This document shows, in pieces, positions 31,993 to 43,038 of a DNA stretch of 64,000 bases. The notes under the pieces were generated by a model. It saw only the letters and a program-made list of their open reading frames with translations. It was not told where the DNA came from and ran no database searches. Position 1 is the stretch's first letter, and each line of letters opens with the position of its first letter. Position numbers and translations under genes: made by a program. Source of the DNA: Amoeboaphelidium occidentale (Eukaryota); NCBI GenBank assembly GCA_023515795.1, contig JALGPX010000001.1, forward strand, positions 62,001 to 126,000. The letters run 5' to 3'.

Positions 31993-34596
31993 ATGACAAG
32001 TTTGGCGGCTGAGGAAAACATTGACCAAAAACTTGCGACTCAGACTGCGCCTCAGCAACAGCAACAGCCTAGTGCAATAGAACATCAACAACTTATTCAA
32101 ATACTTCTTTCCGATACTTCGCTTGATGAACAGCTGGGATCTACGCTGAAAACATTCTGTCGTATTCAGAGGCAAGACGCTCTTATTGATCAACTGACTG
32201 TGATACTGCACAAGAAGGAACAGGAAATTGAGAAGCTTTGTAATTCGCACTATCAAGAATTTATTCATTCGGTCGATGAATTGCTTAAAGTTCGGTCTGA
32301 TGCTGAGACAGTTAAGCAAGATTTGCATCAGTTTGACCAGAATTATCAGAAAACAGGGCAGAATTTGTTGGGTTTGAAGCAGCAATTGAGTGCGCAAAGG
32401 AAGGCTTATATTAATGTGGAAACTGCATCGAATACTTTGAAGGCTTGTCTGTTCATTCTTGAATTGGCAAACAAGATCAACTTTTTAATTGAACAGAAAA
32501 AGTATTATAGTGCTCTAAAGACTTTGGAAGAGATGCAGAATTACCATTTGAATAGTTCCTTGTCTCAGTTTGAGTTTGTGAAACATGTTCAGGAATGTAT
32601 TCCTTCCGTGCAGAATTATGTAAAGAGTCAGGTATTAGCTCAATTGAAGGAATGGTTCGTCACGATCAGAGAACAGTCCCGAATAGTTGGTAAGATCGTT
32701 ATGAGTGAAACTAGTAAGCGGGAGACAAGAGATCCTCTGTTCAGCAATGCTGCTCGTGTCTCAACATCTTTGTTACCTAAACAGACTGGAGAAGGAACTT
32801 TGCCTGTTTCTATTTCACGAGAGAATTTATCTTGGGAGTCTCTGGAGGCAATTTTAAATGAAGATGATGAAATTGATGTTTTTCACAATAACGAAGTCAA
32901 TGTAGACTTCAGGCCATTGTATCAGTGCATTCATATTCACGACGTTCTTGGATTGAAAGGTGCATTGAAAGGAAATTACGATGAAAACAGAAGGCTTCAA
33001 GCTAACTTGATTCTGAAATCTAACTTTTCTTTGAGCGAGAAGGATGTGAGTGGCTTTGAAAATTACTTGAATGAAATTGTTGGGTTCTTTGCTGTTGAAC
33101 AGAATGTAGTTTCCACTACAGAAGGCTTCAGAAGCAAAGCTAGTTTGGATAGTTTGTGGGATATGGCTTCCAACAGATTGTACGATGTTATTTCCATCTC
33201 TCTGAAAGGCTGTGAGAACCCTGAGCATTTCTTGAAGATCAAGGATTTAATGACCAGATTTATCAAAACAATGGAAGAATACGGCTTTACTGTAAACCGT
33301 TTAATTGATCTTTTGATGGCATTCTTTGAGAGCTATTCTGATTTAAAAATTAGACAGGCTGCAGAGCGATGTGAGAAGTGTATCGAAAGTGATGATGGCA
33401 GTCAAGTTGAAGTGCACACAATGGAAAAGTACATGGAGGTTCTGAAGATTATGAAGTACAGGAGTTTGAAGAAGGACGAGTTGGCGAGCTCTGATATTGT
33501 TTTTCCTTATACATTTTCATTCTCTGACTCTTTTCTATCTTGTTGTACTGAAATTAAAGATTATATTAATGGCTTTTACAAGTTTGCAGAGGGATTTCAT
33601 CAACATTATGGCGAAATGGATGATATTCTGAAACACGGAGTTGAGACTTTGATTACAAAGAAGATTTGTGCGTCAATGGAAAAGAAACTACTGAAGACCT
33701 CGGTTCAACTTCCTGAAATTGTCAGGACTATCTTGAATCTCGAAGTTTATACAAGTTCCATAAGAGAAATCGAAAAATTGATTTCTCAAAAGAGACATGG
33801 CAATCGGGTTCTTTCTCCCAAGAATGTGAACTCGAAGGCTATTCAAGATAAGAAAATTACTGCATCTCTTGCTGCAGCGTGTCAAATAGCCTTTTCTTCT
33901 ACTAGAAAGAAAGCAGAGAATCGAATTTTTGATGTGGTCAACAGAAAGATTGATGATTTCACCGGTCTTGCTTCATATGATTTCTGTCCTATCGATGCTT
34001 CGACAAACCGCGCTGCTTCCCCTACAAAACTGGGTGCAAGAGGTGAACCCAGTCAGTATCTTTCTGAATTAGTTGGATTCTTGAAAATTGTATGGGAATC
34101 AACGCTAGGAGAATTACCGGAGAGCGTCAAATCGTTGGTTTACTTCGATGCAATCTATCATTTGGCTGCCAAGCTGCTAAGTTTGTTTATGGATCAGAAT
34201 GTCAAGAGGATTTCTCCTTACTTTGTTGAAAAGGTTTTCATGACGGATTATCAATTTTTGGAAGGATTTGTTCAGAGTCTTGGTGATCCTTCTTTACCAG
34301 ACAATTTGTTGGAACTAAAGCAAGCTACTGCTTTGATGCTTCCTCAAACTAATGTCGAAGAGTATCTTAATGCTGGCATAAGAAGTAAAAAATACTCCAG
34401 AGTCAGCAAACAGGTTTGTTTGCGTTTAATGGAAAAGGTTCGAGATAGCGGAGTGTGGTTTGAGAAGTCAATGTTTTCATCCCTGAGCTTTGCAGCTCCA
34501 TTTGTTAACGAAGACACCAGAGTTGACATTCCGGTAAAAAGAAAACAAATTGATCATGTTATTAAAACTCTTAAAGAGGAGACTGGCAAGAAATAG
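31993..34596 (+). CDS. SEC15: Exocyst subunit Sec15 (EXOC6)
   Basis: EIEKLCNSHYQEFIHSVDELLKVR, VDFRPLYQCIHIH, IVGFFAVE. Confidence 0.96.
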   Translation: MTSLAAEENIDQKLATQTAPQQQQQPSAIEHQQLIQILLSDTSLDEQLGSTLKTFCRIQRQDALIDQLTVILHKKEQEIEKLCNSHYQEFIHSVDELLKVRSDAETVKQDLHQFDQNYQKTGQNLLGLKQQLSAQRKAYINVETASNTLKACLFILELANKINFLIEQKKYYSALKTLEEMQNYHLNSSLSQFEFVKHVQECIPSVQNYVKSQVLAQLKEWFVTIREQSRIVGKIVMSETSKRETRDPLFSNAARVSTSLLPKQTGEGTLPVSISRENLSWESLEAILNEDDEIDVFHNNEVNVDFRPLYQCIHIHDVLGLKGALKGNYDENRRLQANLILKSNFSLSEKDVSGFENYLNEIVGFFAVEQNVVSTTEGFRSKASLDSLWDMASNRLYDVISISLKGCENPEHFLKIKDLMTRFIKTMEEYGFTVNRLIDLLMAFFESYSDLKIRQAAERCEKCIESDDGSQVEVHTMEKYMEVLKIMKYRSLKKDELASSDIVFPYTFSFSDSFLSCCTEIKDYINGFYKFAEGFHQHYGEMDDILKHGVETLITKKICASMEKKLLKTSVQLPEIVRTILNLEVYTSSIREIEKLISQKRHGNRVLSPKNVNSKAIQDKKITASLAAACQIAFSSTRKKAENRIFDVVNRKIDDFTGLASYDFCPIDASTNRAASPTKLGARGEPSQYLSELVGFLKIVWESTLGELPESVKSLVYFDAIYHLAAKLLSLFMDQNVKRISPYFVEKVFMTDYQFLEGFVQSLGDPSLPDNLLELKQATALMLPQTNVEEYLNAGIRSKKYSRVSKQVCLRLMEKVRDSGVWFEKSMFSSLSFAAPFVNEDTRVDIPVKRKQIDHVIKTLKEETGKK

Positions 34597-34604
34597 AAAG
34601 TGAT

Positions 34605-35939
34605 TTAATGCACGTTGGACTTGATTTTGTCTGTGATATCCCCCCATATGAAGTTCCACGGTAAGTGAATGTAAGTCATTCGGCAAGTAAGACCTTCTTT
34701 CAAAGACCTCTCGCTTAAATCGACATCAGGAGTCCCAATAGTTTTTAAAGTATTAAAAAGCTGTGTGCCAAAGTTCTTCCAAGTATTCTTTTCCAGGTAT
34801 TCAACATCTTCTTCATTCTTCCCGTTTTTACCTGTGTTGGACGTGGCGTCAACCATCTCCCAGTCTTTAAGTGCAGACTGTGGAGGTGATATTGCTACTT
34901 GAGCATGACCTTTTCCTTGAGGACCCCTCATCATAATATACTCAGTATTCTCTTCTTCTTCGTCAAATCGGCTGCTGGCAGATCCTTTGAATATTTGCTT
35001 TCCTAACTTATGCAATGATAGCGCACTTCTGTTTCGACTCTTGGTTATGTATGTCTCAAGTAGTAATTTAAACGGAACAGCGCCTTGAAATAGATTAATT
35101 ATCAAATTATCCCCTGACAGAGGTGATTCTTGTATGGTCGACTGACCAATATCGCCTTCCATCGCATGAGACAAGTTGCTTGCTGGTTGCTGAACAATCA
35201 AACCGAGCTCAACGCATAAATACTGTCCTTCCTTAATGACCAAATCCTTAAATGTTTCTTCAAAATCATTCACATAGAAGTAAAGCACAGGATACGAGAA
35301 TTCTGCATCAGAACCTTTCTTGTCCATTCTCGCTTTGTGTGGCGAGCAAAACACCGTTTTCCTTACGGTTTGAACAGGCACCATAACCTTCTTATCATTA
35401 TTTGAGCCCTCCGGAGTCTCAAGGCTTTCCTCTGAGCTTCTTACGTCCGTGTCCTGAATAGATTTCCGTTCGCACACAGACACGGCCATTTCATATGAAA
35501 GTTGCGACAGTACGTTCAATATAAAAGTTTCCTTCCACGAGACCAAATCATCAAGTTGTGGTGTCTTATTGCCTGCCTTCCTTTTAACGAATACCGGCTC
35601 CAAGTCTTCATTGTGCTGATGAGGAAATCGAACAAAGAACAGTAAATCATCCTGGTGCTCTTTACCGCTCCTGTGCATTGAATGCTCCTGAATGAAATAC
35701 TCCACAAATAAGTCAACCCACTTCGGATCTTTCGTGTCCATTTGTAAAATGTTATTGGGACTTGCTTCAACGTGCTCGCCTTCCGGGCTTAAATTAGGCT
35801 GCGAATTCGACAGCTTCGATTCCGGTATTTTCGCCACAGTGGAGTATATCGGTGGCTCAGGAGAAGTGATTAAATCTCCTGAAGTTTCCTTTAATGGTTC
35901 CAGCAATGTTCTAACCAAATTATGCAAAACAGAATTCAT
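34605..35939 (-). CDS. KIAA0930/DUF2045 family protein
   Basis: DDLLFFVR, SWKETFILN, YPVLYFYVNDFEE, LCVEL, LFQGAV, MRGPQGKGHAQVAIS. Confidence 0.88.
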   Translation of the reverse strand: MNSVLHNLVRTLLEPLKETSGDLITSPEPPIYSTVAKIPESKLSNSQPNLSPEGEHVEASPNNILQMDTKDPKWVDLFVEYFIQEHSMHRSGKEHQDDLLFFVRFPHQHNEDLEPVFVKRKAGNKTPQLDDLVSWKETFILNVLSQLSYEMAVSVCERKSIQDTDVRSSEESLETPEGSNNDKKVMVPVQTVRKTVFCSPHKARMDKKGSDAEFSYPVLYFYVNDFEETFKDLVIKEGQYLCVELGLIVQQPASNLSHAMEGDIGQSTIQESPLSGDNLIINLFQGAVPFKLLLETYITKSRNRSALSLHKLGKQIFKGSASSRFDEEEENTEYIMMRGPQGKGHAQVAISPPQSALKDWEMVDATSNTGKNGKNEEDVEYLEKNTWKNFGTQLFNTLKTIGTPDVDLSERSLKEGLTCRMTYIHLPWNFIWGDITDKIKSNVH

Positions 35940-36101
35940 GCAGCTTGTTTCAGTGATTGCGCAGAGTACCTGAGACCAGCGCGCAGTAGTCGCGTCCTCG
36001 TTTTATAGTTACCAGATACTTTTAAGCCAATTTAAGTGGCAAATATCCGCCCATCTGTTACGCCTGCGCCATGAAACTGTGATTTCGTAAACTGTGTCGT
36101 G

Positions 36102-37560
36102 ATGATTGTAAGCATATTTCTTGCGCTGCTTCTGGACATTCTGGCTTTCACAGTCATTCTACCTCTGTTTCCAAGACTTATGGATTACTATCAGTCAGAG
36201 TATGAGAAGGGCAATGTTGGATATGATGTGATATTGTTCAGTTTTAATCTGTTTAGGATCATTTCTATGGCTTAGCCATTCAAAGTATCGCAAAGTTCAG
36301 AGAATTAGTCGGTTCTAATGAGTCCAAGTTTGATATCGTTCTGGTTGGTGGGGCTCTTGGGTCTCTGTTTGCATTCTTACAGTTCCTTGCGTCACCAGTT
36401 ATTGGAAGGTTGAGTGATAAGTATGGTCGAAAGAGAACTTTGCTTTGGACAATGGTAACAATTCGTAGGCTGAATGATATTTTACTTTTCTTTTGAAGGT
36501 TGGGAATATCTTATCTGCGGGGTTCTGGATATTTTCGAAACGGTTTGGGTATTTTGTTCTAGCCAGGGTTATTGGAGGTTTGAGTGAAGGAAACGTCCAA
36601 ATCTCTGTGGCAATGATCACAGATCTCACGACACAAGAAACAAGATCTAAAGGCTTAGCATTAGTTGGAATAGCGTTTGCTTTGGGATTCACTTTTGGTC
36701 CATTCATCGGTGCTTATTTTGCTTCTGTGGATTTGGCAAAAGTGTTCCCTTCTCTTGCTTCAATGGCCAATATCAACAGTTTCTCTGCGGTTGCACTTCT
36801 TTGTACCGTTCTTCTTACTGTTGAGACTTTGTACATTATGCTGGCTATTCCTGAAACAATTGGGTTCAGAAGAAAGTCTGGCGATTATAATGATCCTGAA
36901 AAATCTCCTACAGAGGAACAATCTGTAGACAAGCAGAAGACTAAATCCTTTGTACCGCTTATGTTTGCTCATGCTGCGTACTTGTTCTTCTTTTCCGGAA
37001 TGGAATTTACTTTGACCTTTCTGACATTCTACAGATTCAACTTCTCCAATATGCAACAAGGAATGATGCTTGGTATTGTTGGTATACTTTCCAGTTTGTT
37101 TCAAGGTGGATATGTCAGAAGATATGCTTACAAAATTGGAGAGAAAAAATTGGCGCTTCAAGGCTTTGTTGCATGTTTTACTTGTGCGATTGCTTTAGGT
37201 ATTGTTGGCACGAAATATGATCCATTCTATTCACCAAATACTGTTTACAACTCTACAATGTGGGCTGCTGTTGTAGGCTTTGCGTTTGCCTCAGCATCTG
37301 TAGTCAATGGGTTAACTTCGCTTTACAGTGTTCTTAGCGATGATGGAAAAGAGAAGCAAGGCGAATCTATGGGATATTTCAGAAGCAGCGGACAATTAGG
37401 TAGAGCATTAGGTCCAATATTTGCATGCAGCATTTATTGGTCAGTAGGAAGTGTTACAAGTTATTTAATTTGTGGAGCTGGAATAGCTCTTGTCGGAATT
37501 GTTGTTTACATGTTTGTAGATGAAAGGAAACTTGTAGAGAAGACCTCGAAACAAAAGTAA
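36102..37560 (+). CDS. MFS transporter, MFSD10/TetA-like (2 introns near 36216-36257 and 36455-36498)
   Basis: LLDILAFTVILPLFP, GRLSDKYGRK motif A, ARVIGGLSEGNVQ, GIAFALGFTFGP. Confidence 0.92.
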
Positions 37561-37611
37561 ACCCCACTAAAAGTATTTCAAGAATAGATTTAGTATCATT
37601 TATTGCAACGT

Positions 37612-38340
37612 TCATATCACTGTGAATGTTGAACCATCTGCTGAGCCAAAATAAACTTTGTGAGCCATTTGCACAAATAAACCAGTTTCAATATTTCCAG
37701 GTATCATAATCAGTTTCTCATTCAACTTAGCAGGATCTTCAATTACCCCAAAATCAGCGTCGATAATCATATTACCGTTATCACTTATACAAGGACCAGC
37801 TTTGCTTTTAGCCATTCTTATCGTTGGCTTTCCTCCAATTGCCACAATTTTGTTCATCACTGGTTTGTAAGCCATGGAAAGAACCTCTAGAGGCACGCCT
37901 TGCTTCCAATTCTGGCCCAATTGCTTTGATACTTTCCTGTGATCAGCAACAATGATCAATCGTTTAGAATTAAACGCCACAATCTTCTCTTGCGTATGAC
38001 ACCCTCCGCCTCCTTTAATACAATTTCTATCTGCGTCAACCTCATCAGCACCATCAATAGTAACATCAATTGAAGGGTATTGTTCTAAATCAGCTAAAGG
38101 CAATTTATGATCCAGAACAAGAGCCCTGGCCTGGAAAGAAGTTGGTATACACACAAAAGGCGCAGATATTTCGCCCTTCTTGAGATATTGAACCAGCCTT
38201 TCTACAGCGTAAACGATAGTCGAGCCAGAGCCGATTCCCAGTACGACAGTTTCCGTTCTCTTCTGTCGAAGCAATCCCATAAATTCCTCATCAACAGCAG
38301 CATAGGCCGCGACCTCCTTTGACTTTTCTAAAGTGTTCAT
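37612..38340 (-). CDS. RKI1: Ribose-5-phosphate isomerase A
   Basis: GIGSGST, DGADEVD, IKGGGG, SDNGN. Confidence 0.97.
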   Translation of the reverse strand: MNTLEKSKEVAAYAAVDEEFMGLLRQKRTETVVLGIGSGSTIVYAVERLVQYLKKGEISAPFVCIPTSFQARALVLDHKLPLADLEQYPSIDVTIDGADEVDADRNCIKGGGGCHTQEKIVAFNSKRLIIVADHRKVSKQLGQNWKQGVPLEVLSMAYKPVMNKIVAIGGKPTIRMAKSKAGPCISDNGNMIIDADFGVIEDPAKLNEKLIMIPGNIETGLFVQMAHKVYFGSADGSTFTVI

Positions 38341-38430
38341 AACTCCTCTATAAGTTTAGTTAAGGCTGTTGCAAAACAAAGCGCTTCTCTAATCCACTTT
38401 GAACAGAAAATTTCTGGTCGTTGATCTTTG

Positions 38431-41400
38431 ATGAAGAATCCCGTGGAAGATATTCCTGTGAGGAAAATTAAGCATTTGCAATTCGGTGCATTGACTCCGC
38501 AAGAGATCGCGAACAGTGGATCTTTACGAGTGTGGCAAACTGACTTATACGATGTAAACGAACGGAAACAAGTGAAGGGCGGTGCTCTGGATAAAAGGCT
38601 TGGTGTTTCTGGTAAAGATGATACTTGCGAGACATGTGGCAAGAAACTTACAGACTGTATTGGTCACTTTGGTCATATCACGCTTGCCTTGCCCGTATTT
38701 CACGCTGGTTACTTTAAGGCAACGCTGCAGATTCTTCAGCAAATCTGTAAATGCTGCTCCAAAGTTCTTCTAGAGGAGAAGGATAGACGGGATTTTTTGA
38801 AGAAGTTACGGCAGCCTGGTCTGGATAATGCGCAAAAGATGAAGCTTCTGAAGCAGATTTCTACGCTGTGCAAGAAAGTTAACGATTGTCCATACTGTCA
38901 CTCTTGGAATGGAACAGTTAAAAAAGTTGGTGTTATGAAACTGGTACACGAGAAGTATAAAAGCAAGACGAAAGATCAGGAAGAAATGCAACGGGATTTC
39001 AAGTCTAATTTTATTGATGCTTTAAAGACTTATCCCGAGTTAAAGAGCAATTTAAATAAGGCTCAGGATGATTTGAATCCTTTGCACGTTATGGAGCTAT
39101 TCGAAAAGGTTGAGTCTGAAGACTGTGAGTTATTGGGATTAAATCCGTTGCACGGAAGACCAGAACAGTACATTTGGACCGTTATTCCGGTTCCTCCTGT
39201 TTGTATCAGACCATCGGTGATAATGGAGCGCGGTGATGTTGGTAGTAATGAAGATGATTTGACTGTAAAACTAGCTGAGATTGTTACTATGAACAAATTC
39301 ATTCAAAAGTGTTTGGATGATGGTGATCCTGTTTATAAGATTGTTGAAGATTGGGAATTCTTGCAGTTGATTTGTGCGCAGTATGTCAATAGTGAAATGC
39401 CTGGTTTGGCTGCAGCTGTTAATGCAAACAAATGGATTAGAGGTGTTTGTCAAAGATTAAAAGGAAAGCATGGTCGTTTCAGAGGGAATTTATCTGGTAA
39501 GCGTGTTGATTTCTCTGCACGTACGGTCATTTCTCCAGACCCAAATCTTAGAATCGATCAAGTCGCGGTTCCTGAACATGTTGCAAAAATTATGACTTAT
39601 CCTGAAGTAGTAAATGAAGCAAATATCGAAAAATTGAGACAATGCGTCAGAAACGGTCCTGATGTTCATCCTGGGGCACAGTATGTATGTAAACCTGGAC
39701 AAATGAAAAGATACTTGAAATTTGTGAACGATAAGGGTAAAGCTGCGAGAGACTTGAAAATTGGAGATATTGTGGAGAGACATTTGGATGATGGAGACGT
39801 TGTTCTATTCAATCGTCAGCCTTCTCTGCACAAACTTAGTATCATGTCTCACTTTGCCAAAGTTAGACCATGGAAAACTTTTAGATTTAACGAATGTGTT
39901 TGTACTCCTTACAATGCTGATTTTGATGGAGATGAAATGAATTTGCATTTACCGCAAACGGAAGAAGCAAGAGCAGAAGCCATTGAATTGATGGGAGTAA
40001 AGAACAATCTTGTGACGCCCAGAAACGGTGAGCCTCTTATTGCAGCTACTCAGGATTTCATCACTGGAAGTTACTTGATAACCAGGAAAGACGTATTTTA
40101 TACCAAAGAAGAGTTCTGTCAGATTGTTACATTTATGTTTGATGCAGAAGAACATATTGATTTGCCTCCGCCAACTATCATCAAACCGATACGATTATGG
40201 ACAGGAAAGCAAGTTTTCTCAATTCTTCTTCGTCCAAACAAAAAATGCAATGTTCTTGTAAATCTTGAAAGCAAAACAAGATCATTTGTGAAGGACCCCT
40301 CTAGAACTCCTGATTTATGTCCAAATGATGGCTGGCTTGTAGTGAAGAATAGTGAAATTATGTGCGGTCTGGTAGATAAGTCTATTGTTGGGGATGGAAA
40401 CAAATCGTCTTTGTTCTACGCAGTTTTGCAGGATTTTGGTTCAGTTGAAGCTGCCAAGTGTATGAATCGATTGGCGAAACTTTGTGCAAGATGGATGGCA
40501 AACAGAGGATTCTCTATTGGTATTGAAGATGTGATGCCTGGTGAAAGACTATGGAAATTAAGAGACGAGGTTATCTCGAAAGGTTATGAGGTTTGTGAGG
40601 GCTATATTAAAGAACACAAGAATGGCACTTTGCGTTGTCAAGCAGGTTGTGACATGGACCAAACTTTGGAGGCTCAAATCTCAGGAACTCTGAGTAGACT
40701 TCGTGATGAACTTGGTCAAATATGTTTGAATGAATTGGATAAGCATAATTCACCGCTTATTATGTCTTTATGTGGATCTAAAGGTTCCAAGATCAATGTT
40801 TGTCAGATGGTTGCTTGTGTCGGACAACAGATTATTTCTGGTAGCCGTATAGCTGATGGTTTTGACGATAGAACTTTGCCTCATTTCGTCAAAGGCTCTA
40901 GGATTCCTGCAGCAAAAGGTTTTGTGAAGAATTCGTTCTTCACAGGACTTAGACCTCCAGAGTTCTTTTTCCACGCTGCTTCAGGAAGAGAAGGTCTGGT
41001 TGATACAGCTGTCAAGACCGCAGAAACGGGTTATATGCAAAGAAGACTAATGAAAGCTTTGGAAGATTTGGCTATCAAGTATGATTATTCTGTAAGAAGT
41101 AGTTCTGGAACATGTATTCAATTCGATTACGGCAATGATCGATTAGATCCTGCCTTGATGGAAGGTGACGATGTTCCTGTGGAGTTCAATCGATGCCTGC
41201 TTGCTAGTCAGAATGTCGTTCCTATTGCGGACTCCGAAAAACGCTTGCGTGCTAATGAAATCTTGAGTTTCACAAAGAAAGTTTTGGACTCAAGAGAGTT
41301 TTCAGTCTGCTCTTCAGAGTTTCTTTATCAACTGTTTGAGTTTGTTGAAAAGATTGCAAAGAAGCTTGTTGATTATGAAAAGAAATACGGAGATATGTAT

Positions 41401-42579
41401 GGAAAGTTCTTTCCATTGTCTGAAGCTCAGTTAAAAAGATTTTTAGATTCTTGCAGACAGAAGTATCACAAGGCAAAGATCGAACCTGGAACCGCTTGTG
41501 GAGCTTTAGGAGCACAGTCTATCGGAGAACCGGGAACTCAGATGACGTTGAAGACTTTTCACTTTGCTGGTGTTGCCTCCATGAACGTTACTATGGGTGT
41601 GCCGAGAATTAAAGAAATTATTAACGCAGCAAAAAACATCAATACTCCGATCATTTCTGCTTGTTTAGTCAATGACGATAGTGAAACAGCTGCGAGAATT
41701 GTTAAGGCGAGAATTGAAACAACTACTTTAGGGGAAATATCTGAATATATTGAAGAAAGAATTGATAACGAAGCATGTTATTTGATTGTTAAAATTGATA
41801 AGGAAACTGTATCAGCACTTCAGCTTGAGATCGATATGACAAAGATCATTGATGCAATTGTAAGAATCCCTAAATTGAAAATTCCAAGCGAAAACGTTCA
41901 ATCTATTAACGATGAGGTGATCAAGATTAGAGTATTCTCCAGGGAAGATGATAATGTGTATTTCGCAATGCAGCAATGGAAACGATCAATAGCCAAAACT
42001 GTTATTAAAGGAATTTCAACAATTCAAAGAGCTGTTATCAATGAACAAGAAGGAAAATCTGGACATTATGAGCTGTTGGCAGAAGGATATGGTCTGAAAG
42101 AAGTAATGAGTACTGATGGGGTGATAGGCACTGAAACCACTAGCAATCACATCATGGAAGTTGAGCAGGTGTTGGGTATAGAAGCTGCTAGAACCACAAT
42201 TATTAACCAGATTCAGTATACAATGAGTAAGCACGGGATGACAATCGATCGAAGACATGTCATGTTGTTGGCTGATACAATGACATTCAAAGGAGAAGTA
42301 CTTGGTATCACTCGTTTTGGTGTTGCGAAAATGAAGGATTCCGTTCTGATGTTGGCCTCTTTCGAGAAGACTACTGATCATTTGTTTGATGCTGCACTTT
42401 ACGGAAAGAAGGATGAAATCAATGGTGTTTCCGAATGTATCATTATGGGTATTCCTATGCCTATAGGTACAGGTCAATTTGACTTATTATACGATGTTGA
42501 GAGCGTTCAGAATGATGTCCTTTCGACAATGTGCGAAAAGACTCCATGTTTGCTTGATGATGTTCAAGAAGCAGATTGA
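38431..42579 (+). CDS. RPC1: RNA polymerase III largest subunit
   Basis: NADFDGDEMN active site; FNECVCTPY, GITRFGVAKMKDSVLMLASFEKT typical of Pol III; no CTD. Confidence 0.97.
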   Translation: MKNPVEDIPVRKIKHLQFGALTPQEIANSGSLRVWQTDLYDVNERKQVKGGALDKRLGVSGKDDTCETCGKKLTDCIGHFGHITLALPVFHAGYFKATLQILQQICKCCSKVLLEEKDRRDFLKKLRQPGLDNAQKMKLLKQISTLCKKVNDCPYCHSWNGTVKKVGVMKLVHEKYKSKTKDQEEMQRDFKSNFIDALKTYPELKSNLNKAQDDLNPLHVMELFEKVESEDCELLGLNPLHGRPEQYIWTVIPVPPVCIRPSVIMERGDVGSNEDDLTVKLAEIVTMNKFIQKCLDDGDPVYKIVEDWEFLQLICAQYVNSEMPGLAAAVNANKWIRGVCQRLKGKHGRFRGNLSGKRVDFSARTVISPDPNLRIDQVAVPEHVAKIMTYPEVVNEANIEKLRQCVRNGPDVHPGAQYVCKPGQMKRYLKFVNDKGKAARDLKIGDIVERHLDDGDVVLFNRQPSLHKLSIMSHFAKVRPWKTFRFNECVCTPYNADFDGDEMNLHLPQTEEARAEAIELMGVKNNLVTPRNGEPLIAATQDFITGSYLITRKDVFYTKEEFCQIVTFMFDAEEHIDLPPPTIIKPIRLWTGKQVFSILLRPNKKCNVLVNLESKTRSFVKDPSRTPDLCPNDGWLVVKNSEIMCGLVDKSIVGDGNKSSLFYAVLQDFGSVEAAKCMNRLAKLCARWMANRGFSIGIEDVMPGERLWKLRDEVISKGYEVCEGYIKEHKNGTLRCQAGCDMDQTLEAQISGTLSRLRDELGQICLNELDKHNSPLIMSLCGSKGSKINVCQMVACVGQQIISGSRIADGFDDRTLPHFVKGSRIPAAKGFVKNSFFTGLRPPEFFFHAASGREGLVDTAVKTAETGYMQRRLMKALEDLAIKYDYSVRSSSGTCIQFDYGNDRLDPALMEGDDVPVEFNRCLLASQNVVPIADSEKRLRANEILSFTKKVLDSREFSVCSSEFLYQLFEFVEKIAKKLVDYEKKYGDMYGKFFPLSEAQLKRFLDSCRQKYHKAKIEPGTACGALGAQSIGEPGTQMTLKTFHFAGVASMNVTMGVPRIKEIINAAKNINTPIISACLVNDDSETAARIVKARIETTTLGEISEYIEERIDNEACYLIVKIDKETVSALQLEIDMTKIIDAIVRIPKLKIPSENVQSINDEVIKIRVFSREDDNVYFAMQQWKRSIAKTVIKGISTIQRAVINEQEGKSGHYELLAEGYGLKEVMSTDGVIGTETTSNHIMEVEQVLGIEAARTTIINQIQYTMSKHGMTIDRRHVMLLADTMTFKGEVLGITRFGVAKMKDSVLMLASFEKTTDHLFDAALYGKKDEINGVSECIIMGIPMPIGTGQFDLLYDVESVQNDVLSTMCEKTPCLLDDVQEAD

Positions 42580-42587
42580 AACAATAA

Positions 42588-43038
42588 CTGGCCCTTCACT
42601 ACAGGATTTGTTCGAATAAAATCAAATCTTACGTAGAAGAGCGTTACACGAATCGCCAATTTCTCGGTTACGCTGGTGGAGACTGTACAAGTAAATATGC
42701 AAGCATAATCACCTGTCTTTAACCACCAATTAAATTTTGCAGTTAGCTGACGAAACATCATGCACGATTCTTCCTGGAGAACGCAAGAGGCCTTTTACCT
42801 TTGTTTGCATTCAAATCCAAGAAAACGTGCCTGATATTTCGTGTAGCGTTAATGTCCCTGTTCCAAACAGTTAAGCAATATGAATTGCAGACTTTAACCG
42901 CCCAAAACTTTGTCTGTTTCAACTCATGTAAACAAAATGAACATAACTTGCAGGGTTCAGATCGAGCTACATATGTCACCTTTAAGAAAGCGCATTCTCG
43001 CCTCAGCTCGCAGCATGTAGACGCTTGAGCTGGAGCTC
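42588..43038 (-). mobile_element. 5'-truncated Fanzor/TnpB-carrying transposon remnant flanked by an 11-bp direct repeat
   Basis: Minus-strand translation ...KLCSFC...FWAVKVCNSYCLTVWNRDINATRNI...RPLAFSR* (zinc ribbon plus RuvC-III); TGAAACAATAA at 42577-42587 and 43039-43049. Confidence 0.78.

Noticed and set aside
36071..36082. uORF ATG-AAA-CTG-TGA before the MFS gene
   Set aside because: TSS unknown and 5' UTRs here look very short, so it may not be transcribed
42790..42799. GCCTTTTACC resembling U5 snRNA loop 1
   Set aside because: No convincing U5 stem or Sm site, and it is the antisense of the Fanzor GKRP codons
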